From the NCBI RefSeq assembly GCF_009914755.1, contig NC_060945.1: a DNA stretch of 64,000 bases. One strand, written 5' to 3'. Origin of the DNA: the human T2T-CHM13v2.0 reference genome, Homo sapiens. Each line of letters opens with the position of its first letter. Position 1 is the first letter of the stretch. This document shows, one piece after another, positions 15,723-31,068 of the stretch. Position numbers and translations under genes: made by a program. Below the pieces are notes generated by a model, which did not search any database, was not told the origin of the DNA, and saw nothing but the letters and a program-made list of their open reading frames with translations.

Positions 15723-16319
15723 CTATAAATAACCTTAAAAGCACAGCTAATAATAAAAGGCAGTAAAATGATTAAGAAATGATGAGCTTAGAATGTTATC
15801 ATCAAATTCAATATAATTTATTTAACAATAAGTGTAATTAATTTTGAATCATGGCTGTGTTTAACAACTGGCTTGCAAAATTCCTGAAAAGTTAACGGTT
15901 GGCTCTTGCATGCCAGTTCAGCCCAGCCCCAATGCACCGTGACATAAATGCCCAAACAATATGTTATTTTTTGTACTTTAAAAAATGGTAATATGCTGCA
16001 TGCAATCTGGGAGTTGCTTTTTCATACCACATTATGTCACTCTTGTCTTTTGACCCTCAACATCATCCTTGCCCCTTCTTTGCTCTCAGCTGATGTATCA
16101 CAGGATGGGGCAGCCTGGGAACAGCCCTTAGGGTCTCTGTTCTGAGATCATCAGTGAGAAGCACATGGTGGGACAAAGACAGATTTCACTCTTCCTGGGG
16201 CAGCGACAGCGGCAGATAACCGGGCTTCTGCAGTAGCAACAGTGGCTTCCTGATACCTCCTGACTTCTGAGGAGCACCACCTCCCTTGGCTTTTGCTCCC
16301 TGACCATCCTTTGCAACCA

Positions 16320-16520
16320 TTTTTTCTTTCTTTTTTTTTTTTTTTTTGAGACAGAATCTCACTGTCGCCCAGGCTGGAGTACAGTAGCACAATCTCTGCT
16401 CACTGCAACCTCCGCCACCCGAGTTCAAACGATTCTCCTGACTCAGGCACCCGCCCCCATGCTTGGCTAATTTTTGTATTTTGAGTAGAGACGGGGTTCA
16501 CCACGTTGGCCAGGATGGCC
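16320..16520 (-). mobile_element. 5'-truncated, internally deleted Alu
   Basis: Right arm plus part of the left arm, flanked by the direct repeat TTGCAACCATTTT. Confidence 0.85.
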
Positions 16521-18044
16521 TTGCAACCATTTTCTAGGCACCTAATTTCCTGAAGTAAACCCTTCCTGCTGGAAATATACAGAATGGTTTCTGGTTCTCA
16601 GACTAAAAGGCTAGAATGTATTCATGTTAATGCTTGTTGCCTACTTTCATCATTTTCACTGTGGTATAATGTTCCGTTTTGTGGCCATATCCCACAGGAT
16701 TCTCCCTAACTTGGCTCCATTTTACACCCTGCCTGCCCAGCCTCTGATACTTTTCATAGCCAGTGTTCTCAGATTAGATTAATAGAGACCGTGCTGCGGT
16801 GTTTACCCAAATGGTTCTCATGCTTACCCATTAGCGTCCTCAATCCTTGATCTCATTCCCCCTCCTTTTCCCATAGATGAACCGGTGGATCCTGCTTTCC
16901 AGTCTGTCACCCTTGGCATACAGGCTACCACGAGTTGAAGGAGGGTCTATTGCTGGAGAAGACTGGTTCATAGGAGTCCGCTCAGGCTCGCAGCTGCCAA
17001 CATGAAAAAAAAAAAATCATCTCAGAAAAATGTAGCTCAGCTGCTTACAATAAGTCATTGTTATACCTACGTTTATCATTGTGGGGCACAGATGCAACCG
17101 TTTCTCTGTGCTAACAAGCTGATTAAGCTCAGCCAGGACTTTTCCAGAGGGGTCCTCCCTCTCCCCACATAATCTATGTTGAGATGCTCAGCACAGAAGT
17201 TAGTGCATTGCTGGAACAAAAAGAAGTCTCTCTTTAGAGGGTTCCTAGCATCACCGCAACTCCCAATTCTCCTCTACCTCTTTGTATTCCTTTGTATCAT
17301 TCATTCCTCGTTCCATGTTTCGTGTCACTGAGCCTTTCAAAGAGGGCAGATACAGCTCTCTATATTTCACAGAGAGCTCTAGAATTGCAATTACATCCAT
17401 GACACATATTTTCATACCCCTCAATTCTAGGGCACTCATAGACCACAGTAAGAGATGCTCCTGCTCATTCTGAGGAACACCAACAGGCAAGATGCACCCC
17501 CTGACTGCCCCACCAAGAGCAGACCATCTGCCCTCTCTGACGGCATGCTTCACTCTGTCAACATGAAATGGCATGTTGTTCCTGAACATCCCATGATGGT
17601 CTGTGCTTCTGTGCCTTTTGCCTATCCTATTTCTGCTTCTGGGCACACTTTTTCTCTCCTTGCCTTTGGGTTGAAGCCCTACTCACCCTTTTACACCCAG
17701 TTCATTCTGAGTTGGACTTCTGGAAGGATCAGAAAGTATCCTCCATGCAGACACCACACATCACTTCACCCTTTTTCCCAAGGCAAACAACACTAACCTA
17801 GTCCAGGTCATGTTCCTGTTAGGCCCAGGTATGCCTCAAAAACTCTAGCAGAACAGCACCCCAGGCAGCATTTCCCAGTCAATCACATGAGCAAGCAAGA
17901 TACACGCCTCTCTGTGTCCCTGTCTAGGTTTCTTCCGTGTCCCTGTCTAGGTTTCTTCCTTTTCTGGAGACAGGCTAGGGACTGGCAGCTGTGACTGTGT
18001 ATTGCTAAGTGCAATTCCAGGAGTCTGCAGAATGGAAGGCACAA

Positions 18045-18046
<2 letters not shown>

Positions 18047-18078
<32 letters not shown>

Positions 18079-18357
18079 CAGAGTTTCACTTCATCACCTA
18101 GGCTGGAATGCAGTGGCGTGACCTCGGCTCATTGCAACCTTGGCCTCCTGGCTTCAAGCAATTCTTGTGCCTCAGCCTCCCTAGTAGCTAAGATTACAGG
18201 CATGCATCAACACGCCCAGCTAATTTTTGTATTTTAGTAGAGACGGAGTTTCACCATGTTGGCCCAGGCTGGTCTCAAACTCCTGACCTCAAGTGATCCT
18301 CCCATCTCGGCCTCCCAAAGTGCCGGGATTACAGGTGTGAGCCACTGCGACCAGCCA
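18047..18357 (-). mobile_element. Alu
   Basis: Antisense Alu with a long poly(T). Confidence 0.93.
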
Positions 18358-18799
18358 GGAGCCAAATCCTTGATGCCTCCACAGCCCGAGGCCAAGCAGG
18401 CCTCCCTCTTCCTGTGCTCCCTGATCTGTGCTAAGATCAGGTGCTCCCTCTATTCCCCAATCCTAACCCACTTGGATGCACATGTGATTTTAGTACAGCT
18501 TCCTTTAATTTCATGTTTAATGATTTTTCGTACTACAACTCTTTTTTGTCAGAGCTGTATTTCTATGCTTTTTACCTTCATTGGCAAAGCTTCTGGAAAC
18601 AAAGTATGTTAATGAAATTTTAAAAATAAAAAAATTACATAAAACCCAATTCAGGTATCTCCACTTCCATAAAGCTTTCTCAAACACCACCAATCTGAAA
18701 TACCCTATTCCATGACCTCTGCACATTGTATAGGATTCTTTATGCCCTTGAGGGATGAGGTAAAGTCTTCCCCCTTAATTTCTGTCACTTTAAGAGCAA

Positions 18800-19112
18800 A
18801 CGTAGTAACAGACAAGGAGCAGACTTACTGTTTACCATAAGAGCTGTAGATTCCCAAGTTCAGTGTTCATCAGCTAAAATGTAAACTCACTACATGCTTA
18901 GCATTCACGTTGGCACATCCAGGTTACCCCTGTGGGACTTGAGGGGCAAGGGGAACCAGTGCCAACATGACGCTCATTCAGCTTGCTGTGCCATGAATAA
19001 TAAAGTCCTTTGTCTCTGACCCAGGGATCTTGTGTCTTCTGCCAGCATCCATAAAACAGTAACAAGCTAACTTATTAGCTTGTAAGTAGAGTAAAATCTC
19101 AGACCCTTTGCA
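18800..19112 (+). mobile_element. ERVL-type LTR fragment (MER54/74/76-like)
   Basis: cttgctgtgccatgaataataaagtcctttgtctctgacccagg...gctaacttattagcttgtaagtag LTR 3' pattern. Confidence 0.5.
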
Positions 19113-19291
19113 GGTCCTGGTCTGAGTTCATGCCTTTTCTTCTTTGGGACTGGCCCCAGAGTCCAGCATAGGTCCTGATTACTATATATGTAGAAAGTAA
19201 TCAAGTTCAATGGACTAGACTGAGGACAGGGAACTTTCCTTCTACTGAATACCACTTAGCCCAGTGTTTCTCTTTTTTTTTTTTTTTTGGC

Positions 19292-19509
19292 CCAGTATTT
19301 CTTAACCTCAGCACTACTGACATTTGGAACCAGATAATTCTCTATTGTAGGGGGGCTGTTCTGTGCATGATAGGATATTTAGTAGCATCCCTGGCCTCTA
19401 CACAGTAGATGTCAGTAATACCCACCCCCAATCAAAAATGTCTCCAGACATTGCCAAATGTTCCCTGGCAGAGCAGTCTCATCCTCTACCCTCACCACTG
19501 AAAACCACT
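19292..19509. mobile_element. MER20 (hAT-Charlie)
   Basis: tcttaacctcagcactactgacatttgg...agcatccctggcctcta...aaaatgtctccagacattgccaaatgt. Confidence 0.85.
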
Positions 19510-20712
19510 TATTTTACCTATGCAGAAGTGGGGGTGGGGTGGGGAGGAGGAAGCAAGGGGTTATAACTAAATTATCATTTAGTGGAGTTTGAGATGCTAA
19601 TGTACCGGAGAGGTATAGAAATATTGCACTCACCTGCCTATTCACTCAAGGATCACACATGATAAGTCATGACATATTGCAGCCAACAGTAAAACACAAT
19701 CGTCGTGAGCACCCATGGGTGCCGGGCAGGAGCGTCCACCGTTCATCCACACCCTCAGCCATTCTGTGAAGTGGGCATTTCCACTCTGCAAGAACCTGAG
19801 GCACAGGGAGGTCACGTGCCTTGCCGAGGGGAAGAGTTTGGACTTGAACGCAGAGCTGTTGATCTCTGTTGCACTTGTTCTTAATCATTAACCTATTGTT
19901 AATGATCCGACAAAGAACGTGGGGGATGACATGGAAGAGAGGGGATTGGAAGTTATGAAATGGGAAACCAAAGTTTACTTTGAGGGGAAAAAAAAGTCAA
20001 ACTTACATGTCAATAGCATCCTCTTAAAGGTTGAAAATATGTAACCCTTTGGATATTTTAAGAGCACATATAGTATCAGAATCTGTAACAACATGTACTT
20101 TAATTCCTACATAAAATGTTAAAATACAGCCCAAGTGAATAGCTCTCTTTCCTGCATCCAGAAAAATGCGAACCATCCAGTCTAGGAAGGAGCAAAGTGA
20201 CAAAACCTGTTTGAACAAACCCAATGCTACACTCCACTTCAGTGGAGTACCTTTCCCATCTGGTGGTGGGTTCAAGAATTGTCCCTAAAACACTTTTAAA
20301 TCCACTCGTGACTTTGCAAAGTAGTAGCATCAGTGCCAGCCTGAGTCCCAGCAGTTAGACACATATTGATCCCCCAAATTGATTACTAATTGACACCAGA
20401 TTCTGGTAATTTCAAGGGCAGGTCAATTACTGGCTGCCTATAGAATTATTAGTACAAAGGTGAGTAACCCCTAAGGAAAAACACTATTTTGACTTTATTT
20501 AAACTTTTCCCTGAGAAGCTGACATTCCTCTACAACATTAATTCTCAGAAATATTTTTAATGCACTGTAATATTTTATCTTGGAGGCAGAGAAAAATAGC
20601 AAGAAATAAGAAAGGGGAAGAGAGTGCATGGAAGAGAGGGACAGTCACAGTCATTGCCATATTCGGTGGAGAGCCAAAAATAAGAATACACAATTATGTT
20701 TAAAATATATGG

Positions 20713-20991
20713 GGCCGGGCACAGTGGCTCACGCCTGTAATCCCAGCATGTTAGGAGGTGGAGGTGGGTGGATCACTTGAGGTCAGGAGTTTGAGACCAG
20801 CCTGGCCAACATGGTGAAATCCCATCTCCACTAAAAACAAAATTAGCCGGGTGTGGTGGCAGGCACCTGAAATCCCAGATACTCAGGAGGCTGAGGCAGG
20901 AAAATTGCATGAACCCGGGAGCCAGAGGTTGTAGTGAGCTGAGATTGCACCACTGCAGCCTGGGCAACAGAGTGAAACTCTGTCTCAAAAA

Positions 20992-21032
<41 letters not shown>
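20713..21032 (+). mobile_element. Alu with an A-tail running into a (TA)n microsatellite
   Basis: Full Alu followed by (TA)n at about 20999-21032. Confidence 0.93.
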
Positions 21033-21033
<1 letters not shown>

Positions 21034-21299
21034 CAATTAAAGATTTTAAAAGGGGTAAGTCAATTTCTCTCTGGAATCTTGAAAATATAATCCAGAAAAA
21101 TGAATGACTCCATAACTAAAATATTAACTATACTTAAAAGTAGAATTGATGTCCAATACTGATATATCCAGATAACTCATATTGACACAAATATCTCTCC
21201 AATAATTTTATGTTTTCCAATATAATTGTCTCATGTCTTCATTCTCCCAATCTTTACACTGTTCTCTTTCTTTTTACAGTAATATCATAGAAAAATTGG

Positions 21300-21650
21300 T
21301 AATACATTTGTATTCATTAATCTGACAAATAGTTATTGAGCACCTGCTCTGTGCCAGGCATTGGGATACAGCAGTGAATAAGACAAATCCTTGTGCACAT
21401 GGGGCTTACACTCTAATTGGGGACACAGGCAATCTACAAGTACACGTACCTCAGGTTCCATAGAAAGCACTAAATATCATCTCATTTAATTTTTCCAGCT
21501 CTATGTGGTGGGTCCTATTATTTTTCATTTTACATGTGAAAAACAAAAACAAAAACAAGGCTCAGAGAGGTTAATTGGTTTGCCCAAGGACTCAGATGAG
21601 TGAGTGGCAGAACCAGGATTCAAAATCAGATATCTTCTCCAAAGTCCAAC
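21300..21650. mobile_element. L2 and MIR fragments
   Basis: ttattgagcacctgctctgtgccaggcattgggatacagcagtgaataagaca (L2); aggctcagagaggttaattggtttgcccaagg (MIR). Confidence 0.65.
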
Positions 21651-21922
21651 ATCGTCCAGCTGCAAGTTTTCAACAGCAACGCAGCCAGCATCCACTGATG
21701 ACAGCTTATGTGCCAGGCCCTGGGGAATACAGAAGTGACTGGGGCCTGCCTCCAAGAGTTAGCGCAGCATCTGCCTGCCTAGGGGACATCAGGCTTCCAG
21801 TGTCTAACAGGACACCCACCTGCTCACTGGCATTCACTGAAAATAACAAATTCTCCCGATCTCAGCTCCAACATTCTGAAAAAAATACCAAAAATTATTA
21901 TTTAAAAATTATAGCAAAAGTT

Positions 21923-22225
<303 letters not shown>

Positions 22226-24424
22226 AATTGTAAAAGTGAAATTCAACAAAAGGATTAACATCAAGATTAACATGAACTGATCCTGTGATTTCCCTACAAG
22301 GGGAGGAAAAGCTACGTTTGAGGCTCTTTGGATTTTTGCGGGGCTTTCTTTCCCCATTTTATTTAGAATAAGGCAATGGAAGTGCAGCTCTTGCTTCTAT
22401 ACTAAGCGCATTTTGAAAGACTCATTGACACCAAACATCAATGAGGAATGAAACATTACAAAGATGCTCCCCTTTAAACAAACATAAAGTCAGCGCTTTT
22501 AAATATTATGTGCTTCTTGGACAGGTATCCTAATTCAAGACAGCATCTCACACAAACTGGAGCTGGCGATCAGTCGAATAACCTGGCTGACATCACTGAT
22601 AAGGCCAAGGACTCCCAGCACCTTCTGACAAACCTCTGTTTCTTGCTTCTTGTCTGAAGTACACTGTTTGCTTGGCAAAAGCCAGGAGACGTGAGAACCT
22701 CCCACAGCAAATGTTGATTTAAAGAAAATGTCCTAAGTGACCAGTGATATTTATCCAGGTATTCTTTCCACCACCTGTGCAGAGTTTACCAAGGAGGTGG
22801 GTAGGGTCGCTATCTTGGGTGCGTTCAGCTTGAGTTGCCTGGATACCACATCTTGAGTTCAACAGGGAACATAAATCTAATTGTTCCTCTCTTCACTTAA
22901 ACCCTAAGGATTCCAAATTAGATTGCATTGCTGAACTACATGAGTGAACCTTATGCATTTGACCTCTCAATGTGGTTTGCAAATCTACCCTCTGGAACTA
23001 AAGGCAGGAAGCTTTGCTATTGAAAAGATGTTAGCGTCTCATCAAACACAGCCAATGTTCAAGAATCGTGCCCCTTGGCAGGAGCATGTTTTAATTGCTG
23101 GTGATATTGCAGAACAGATTTCTGAAGTCTAATTTTCTTTCTGCAGCCAAATTTTCGACGTATATTAATAATATCCTCATAAACTTACATCTGTGGGTAC
23201 AGTCATCGCTGCATAGTTGGCTTCACAGTTCTAAAAAAGAAAAAGAAGAAAATTTGGAAAAATTATTCCCAAAAAGGACACGATTATAAAGTTGATAGTA
23301 GGAGCAAACTTCAAAGTTACCACTCCTATAGAATGTTTAGAAAATTTTAAGATGATTAAACTTCATGGAAATTTTTAAGGTCTCTTTTCATGAAATTATT
23401 TTTTTCTTTTGACTATATTTCCATTTTATAGCACTTATCACAACAGTAATTAACGAATTAGCTGCATAATGATTTATTTAATGTCAGTCCCCCTGCTCGT
23501 TCTGTAACCCCCTCCAAAGGGAGGAACCGGGACTGATCTGTTTACCTTCCCAATGCTCGGTATATTGACAAATAGCAGGGGCTCAAAAAACTTTTTTTTG
23601 CTGCTGTTATCTCCATAATAGGATCATGACTGCATTGTCAGAAGTGTCAATTAGCTACCTCAAAAGCACTTGGCTTCATTTAATGACTTCCTCTCATACT
23701 ACAGTTATGCAAGATGTGACGGAAGTAAAGGAAACATGGAATCTCCTTGTATATTTTTTGCAACTTCCTATGAATCTACAATTATTTCAAAACAAAGAGC
23801 TTTTCTATAAAAAAAAAAAAAAAAAAAAAGATTTTGCTCCCTGCCACCAGCTTCTTGGATTTCACCTAGATCTTAGGAACTTCCATCTCAATCTTCCCAT
23901 ACCCATAATATACTTGGCTTCCTGATTTCAACAATGTTTTCCAGGAGGTTGACTTGCAACAACCCAATATGAGCTAGAAGCTCAGCGTTCCTTCCCACCC
24001 ACCCTTGACAAAGCAGATCATTTTATACGACAACAGCCACTTTTCTGAGAGGGCCTGCCAAAATGCCAAGTGTGGTGCCAATTTTTATACAATTGATTCC
24101 TTTCTGTCTCCTCCACACAGAGACCACCAAAAAGCTGTCACATGGTAGTAATTTTCAAGAACTCACTGGCACATCAAGGGTCAGGAAGAAATGTTATGTT
24201 GATGAGCTGGTCATTTGCTCAAGATTTCTGGTTGGCAAGAAAATACAGAGCGTGTACACCCAGGTTCCCAGACGACAAACCACACACCCAAGTATTATTG
24301 AGCCTCATCCATGGCAGCCTCATGTTACACAATGAATCAGGCCACCGCCCAGCGCCAAGAGCCTTGGAAAACTATGCAAAGTGCATTAAAATCAACAGAA
24401 AAACTTCTCATGTCACAATATTTA

Positions 24425-25072
<648 letters not shown>

Positions 25073-25511
25073 TTAAATTCACATCAGTCTCTGTGGGTCA
25101 GAAGACAAAGGCTGTCTAGCTCTCCAACACCTTCACAGGCTTAAAGCAGGACCTTCCACTGACTCGTGTGAAGGCAATGGCAAATAACAGACATTCAAGG
25201 AGAAACAGCTTTGACGAACCTCTCCTGACAGTGAGGCTAGGAGAGAGAAAAAGAAATGAAAATCAATTTGCATGATCACCAAGACAGAAATGGGGGCAGA
25301 GGGAAAGAGGGCCGAAAGGAGAGAGAAATGATCTTCGTTATTAATGTTTTTAATATGGCAGCATGATTAAGACATAGTCTCCCTGCCAGGCAGCAAGTTC
25401 AGAGGGAGACAAACCGCCCGTCTTCTCATGGGTTTTTAGCAGGAGAGTAATGCCCATTGGCGTAACAGTTTCAAATCGATACAGCACTTTCACCTATAGA
25501 AACTCACTTAC

Positions 25512-25870
<359 letters not shown>

Positions 25871-26486
25871 TTAGAGAGCAAGGGGCAGAACCAGGAGAAC
25901 AGTGCGATGAGTCAGGCCAGCCATTCCGTAGGGAAGTGAAAGAAGCAAGTGAGAATTGCCGTGCTAGTCTTTGGGAAAAATAAGATAAAGCATAGCTCCC
26001 CGGGTAGGGGTGGGGGAGATTCCTCTCCTCCTTTGGAGTAGGCCTAGGACTACGGAAACAGGATTTCAGAGTTACACTTGTTCTGACAATCCAGAGAATA
26101 GTCCCTAAGCAGATAAATGCTCATTTCAAAGGTGATTCTCGAACATTGTCTCCAAAAAGAAATCCACCCAGAAATGTGAGATGAGAGGACTGTACACAAA
26201 GGGCCTCAACTGTTGCTTCCATTGGCGGCTCCAATGGGATACTGGTTTAAGTCAAAATATCAAAGGATTTGACGGTGAGCAGCGCTGGCCAGACTCCTGA
26301 CTGCAGCCATGAGGAGAGAGAAGCCCCTGTTGTCCAGGCTTCTGTTCACACATCTGCATTTTCCCAGTGCAAACAGAGGTGGCCTTGCGGGACAGAGCAG
26401 GAGAGTGAGGAGGGAGATGGATCATCACTGTCCCTCACTGATGCCAGTTTCCTTTTCACCACTGGGGATAAAAATGCTTGGCTCCA

Positions 26487-26788
26487 GGCCAGACACCATG
26501 GTTCACACCTGTAATCCCAGTGCTTTGGGAGGCCGAGGCGGGCAGATCATCTGAGGTCAGGAGTCCAAGACCACCTGGCCAACATGGTGAAACCCCGTCT
26601 CTACCAAAAATACAAAAATTAGCTGGGCATGGTGGTGTGCAGCTGTAGTCCCAGCTACTCAGGAGGCTGAGGCAGGAGAATCGCTTAAGTCTGGGGAGGC
26701 GGAGGTGCAGTGAGCCGAGATCGCGCCACTGCACTCCAGCCCGGGCTACAGAGTGAGACTCCATCTGAAAAAAGGGAAAAAAAAAAAA
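26487..26788 (+). mobile_element. Alu
   Basis: Full Alu. Confidence 0.93.
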
Positions 26789-27179
26789 GCTCGGCCCCAC
26801 CACCTCACAGAGCCAGAGTTAAAAGCCAACTTGGGCCGGCGCCTATTGCATCTAGGAAGGTAAAGCCTAGTAACCTGGGGGAAACTGTTTTCCCAACTCA
26901 GCCTACGATTCCATTTTGTTTTATTTAACCTCGTTCTGGGCGTGCAGTTTGTAGCCACGTGGGAGGCTCCTGTACTGAATTGTTTCCAGTGTGCTGAACC
27001 AGACTGATGTTTCCCTGATGCTAGGCCAGTGCGATCTCATTTCTCCTCCTGTGAGAGATTTGGGAGCACGCCTCCCTGGGCAGAGGCTAAGGGGAGCAAA
27101 ATAGTGCACCCCCAAGTGCTAGCAGCCAACATAAACCATCAGGCTTAGTAGTAGGGAATGGAACAGCCACCCTGCAATG

Positions 27180-27670
27180 GCTAAAATACACATCACATAA
27201 AATTTACCATCTTCACCATTTTTAAGTCTACAGTTCGGCAGTGTTAAGTACATTCACATGCGTGTGCAGCCACCTTCACCACCATCTCCAGAACTCTTTA
27301 CATCTTGCAAAACTGCAACTCTGCCCCATTAAACATTAACTCCCCATTCCCCTTCGCCCCAGCCCCCGGCAACCACCGTTCTACCTCTGTCTCTACGAAT
27401 TCGACTACTCTAGAGACCTCGTATAAGTGGAATCATACAGTAGTTGTCCTTCTGTAACTGACTTCTTTCACTTAGTATAATGTCCCCGAGGTTCATCCCT
27501 GTGTCCGAATTCCCTTCCTTTCCAGGCTGGGTGCTGCGCTGGTCTATCTACAGCCATACAGCATTTTCTGTATTTATTCCCCCATCGATGAACGCCTGGG
27601 CTGCTTCCACCTCTCAGCTATGGTGAATAATGCTGCTATTAGCACAAGTGTACACACATTTGTTGGAGTT
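27180..27670 (-). mobile_element. L1M 3'-end fragment
   Basis: cataaaatttaccatcttcaccatttttaagt...gtggaatcatacagta...ggtgaataatgctgctat. Confidence 0.8.
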
Positions 27671-27859
27671 TGCAGCCCTTTCTCACAGCTTCCCAAACAG
27701 ACAAATAGAAGTGAATGGCGCATCCCAGAAGACTGTTGTTTCCCTATTGCGGGGTTAACTGCCCAAGTCCACCTGAAGGTGATGGGCCGGGCCCTTCCGA
27801 TTCAAGCTGTGGTTCAGGGGGCTGTCTCAGAGGCTGCCAAGGCTACCTTACTGTACAAT

Positions 27860-29540
27860 GCCTCACACACACACAACACCCACCACAATGCCCAAGCTTC
27901 ACACAACATGCACCCCAACTCTCCCATATACCCCAACTCTCACAACACACACCCTATCAGATGACCCAGCTCTCATACACCTCAACTTTCACACATACCC
28001 CCTCACACACACCCCAACTCACACACACCCCAACTCACACACACCGCAACTCACACCTCAACTCTCACACATCCCAACTCACATACACCCCAACTCACAC
28101 ATACCCCAACTCACACACACCCCAACTCACACACACCCCAACTCCCACATACCCCAACTCCCACACACCCCAACTCCCACACACCCCAACTTCCACATAC
28201 CCCAACTCCCACACACCCCAACTCACACACACTCCAACTCCCACATACCCCAACTCACACACACTGCAACTCACACCTCAACTCTCACACACCCCAACTC
28301 ACATACACCCCAACTCACACACACCCCAACTCTCACATACCTCAACTCACACACTGTAACTCATACCTCAACTCTCACACACACCCCAACTCACACACAC
28401 CCTCACACACCTCAACTCTCACACACACCCCAACTCACATATAACCCAACTCACACACACTATAACTCATACCTCAACTCTCACACACCCCAACTCACAC
28501 ACACCCCAACTCTCACACCCCAACTCACACACACCCCAACTCTCACACACACAACTCACACCTCAACTCACACCCCAACTCATATACACCCCAACTCACA
28601 CACACACTCACATACCTCAACGTACACACACTGCAACTCACACCTCAACTCTCACACACACCCCAACTCACATACACCCCAACTCACACCCACCCCAACT
28701 CTCACATACCTCAACTCACACACACAACTCACACCTCAACTCTCACACACACCCAAACTCTCATAACACACACCCCAACTATCAGATGACCCAACTCTCA
28801 CACACCTCAACTCTCACACACATTCCAACTCACACACACCAGCTCTCACACGCATCCCAATTCACACACACCCTAGCTCTCACAACACACACCCCAACTC
28901 TCACACACCTCAACTCACATCCCAACTCACACACACCCCAGCTCTCACACACCCCAACTCACACACACAACTCACACCTCAACTCTCACACACAACCCAG
29001 TTCTCACACACACTGCAACTCACACACCCCAACTCTCACACATACCACAACTCTCACAGCACACACCCCAACAGATGACCCAACTCACATACACCCCAAC
29101 TGTCACACACATCCCAACTGATACACACCTTAACTCTCACACACTCCAACTCACACCATTCCGACTTACATACACCCCAACTCACACACACCCCAGCTCT
29201 CACACACCCCAACTCACTTCAAGTCACACACCTCAACTCTCACACACCCCAACTCTCACAGCACACACCTCAACAATCAAACGACCTCACACACCCCACT
29301 CACACACATCCCAGCTTGCACCTCAACACACACACTCCAGCTCACACACCCCAATTCACACACACCCCAACTCACACACCCCTCAACTCACACACCCCAA
29401 CTCTCACACACAACTCACACCTCAACTCACACACACTCCAACCCACTCACTTCAACTCTCACACACCCCAACTCACAAATGCCCCAACTCACACACACCT
29501 CAGCGCACACCTCAACTCTCACACACCACAACTCTCATAT
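27860..29540. repeat. Complex minisatellite of (CA)n-CCCCAACT units, about 1.7 kb
   Basis: Variants of CACACACCCCAACT (about 12-18 bp) repeated throughout; the + strand is nearly free of G. Confidence 0.95.
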
Positions 29541-31068
29541 CTGAGCCCCACCAATCAGAAACCCTGCCATGTCCAGGGACTTCACGAAGACAGCCTCCAG
29601 GCCAACTCAACCCGGAGTCGAGTCCAGTGGCTGTTTGCTCCTGGCTCTCCATAAGAGTTTGCTTGGACTGAGGTGAACATTCACTGGCAGAGGACTCTGT
29701 GTGACTGGCTTATTCCACGAATGCCAGCACCTACCTGACTCACTGACCTGACCCAGCACTTCCCTAAGCAGTAGCCACATGGACCACTGAGCAAGCAAGT
29801 GGTGCAATAAGCGCACTGAACAGATGCTGGTTAATCAGGAGGGCAGTAAGGTCTTCCCGGACTGTCCTGATAAGGGTACCTATGGTGACAATAGCAGAAA
29901 GTGGCCCCAGACTTCAACCTATCTGCTTTCCTGCATCTGGGCCCCAGCCCTCCTCAGGAGGTTGACTTAACCACTCACCACACCAATAAACAAATCTCCC
30001 TTCAACCTCAGGCAGTTCAGGCATCGGATGGCCAAAGTGCAGAGAAGGATGCTTTCCCTCCCCTTTTCAGGAAGATAGGAGAAGAAAAGTCCTGTGGATA
30101 GCATCCACGGATTGACTGGCTTTGCCAGGCCTGTGGATAGTTATAGTCACAGATGTCACAAGGTGCACAAAACAAAATGATCCAGCCATTAGAGACCAGG
30201 GCTGCTTCTCAGCAGGGCACAAGGCAGGAAACTGAAAGATCACTCAAGTCTCTAACGAAGAAACCCAACCAGAAACAATAGAAGAGACACCTTCTCAACT
30301 ATCTCAATCAAATGTGTCGTCATCTTCTGCAACAGACCTTACTGTCTTTGAACCAATGCATTCAGTCATATCTCAAAAGACTCCCAGCTCTGGATCCAAT
30401 CGGCTTGAACTTGAACCCATTTTGCCAGGAACCAGGAGAACAGGCTCCTAGGCAGAGCATGAGGCTGTCAACTCACCTCTTGTGGAAAGGTTTGCTCTGA
30501 GTTTGTTTTTTAAATAAAGAGGGCAACGGCAGGAATAATTACATGTAGTAAATATACTACTCCCCTCCTCAAGTAACCTCTTCACAGCAACCGAGACCCA
30601 GGAAAGTCTGTCATTAAGGTCCATAAAGGAAAAAAAGTGCATATCAACATTGAGGTTTTTGTGGTGAGCCATGATGAGTTCTCCCTAGAGTTTGCTGGTA
30701 CTATCTCACCAGGCTCTTTTATCCCAACATGGCTGTGGTTTAGTCTTCAAACAAGTTGAAAGGTAAGCAAATACCCTTCCTTCCAGGTTACATTTGACTG
30801 CCCTCAGCGTCAGGTGTGTTTTGTGAATGCCAGCATTATCATAAAAAGCCACAATTCACCCACACACAACCACAGAACCCCCATCTAAAATAAACCAGAA
30901 CTGGGGCAGAGCTTTATCCAAAGAACAAAATCAAATGTGCTTAAAAGGTGATACAGCCAGCTTCACGATCGTGGATCTTCTTGAAGTGGGAAATGAGAGA
31001 ATTAAGAGAAATCAGATGAGTAATTCAAACCACTGTAAAACCCTGCCAAACATCACAAATGAAGTCTT

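Noticed and set aside
17915-17958. Tandem duplication of TGTCCCTGTCTAGGTTTCTTCC
   Set aside because: Simple two-copy slippage with no further structure.
27860-29540. Interstitial telomere or CRISPR-like array
   Set aside because: No TTAGGG units and no unique spacers; this is a eukaryotic degenerate minisatellite.
27715-29671. Long His/Thr/Pro-rich ORFs (up to 302 aa) resembling mucin or extensin
   Set aside because: All three plus frames stay open because the C/A-rich minisatellite rarely forms stop codons; there is no signal peptide or exon context.
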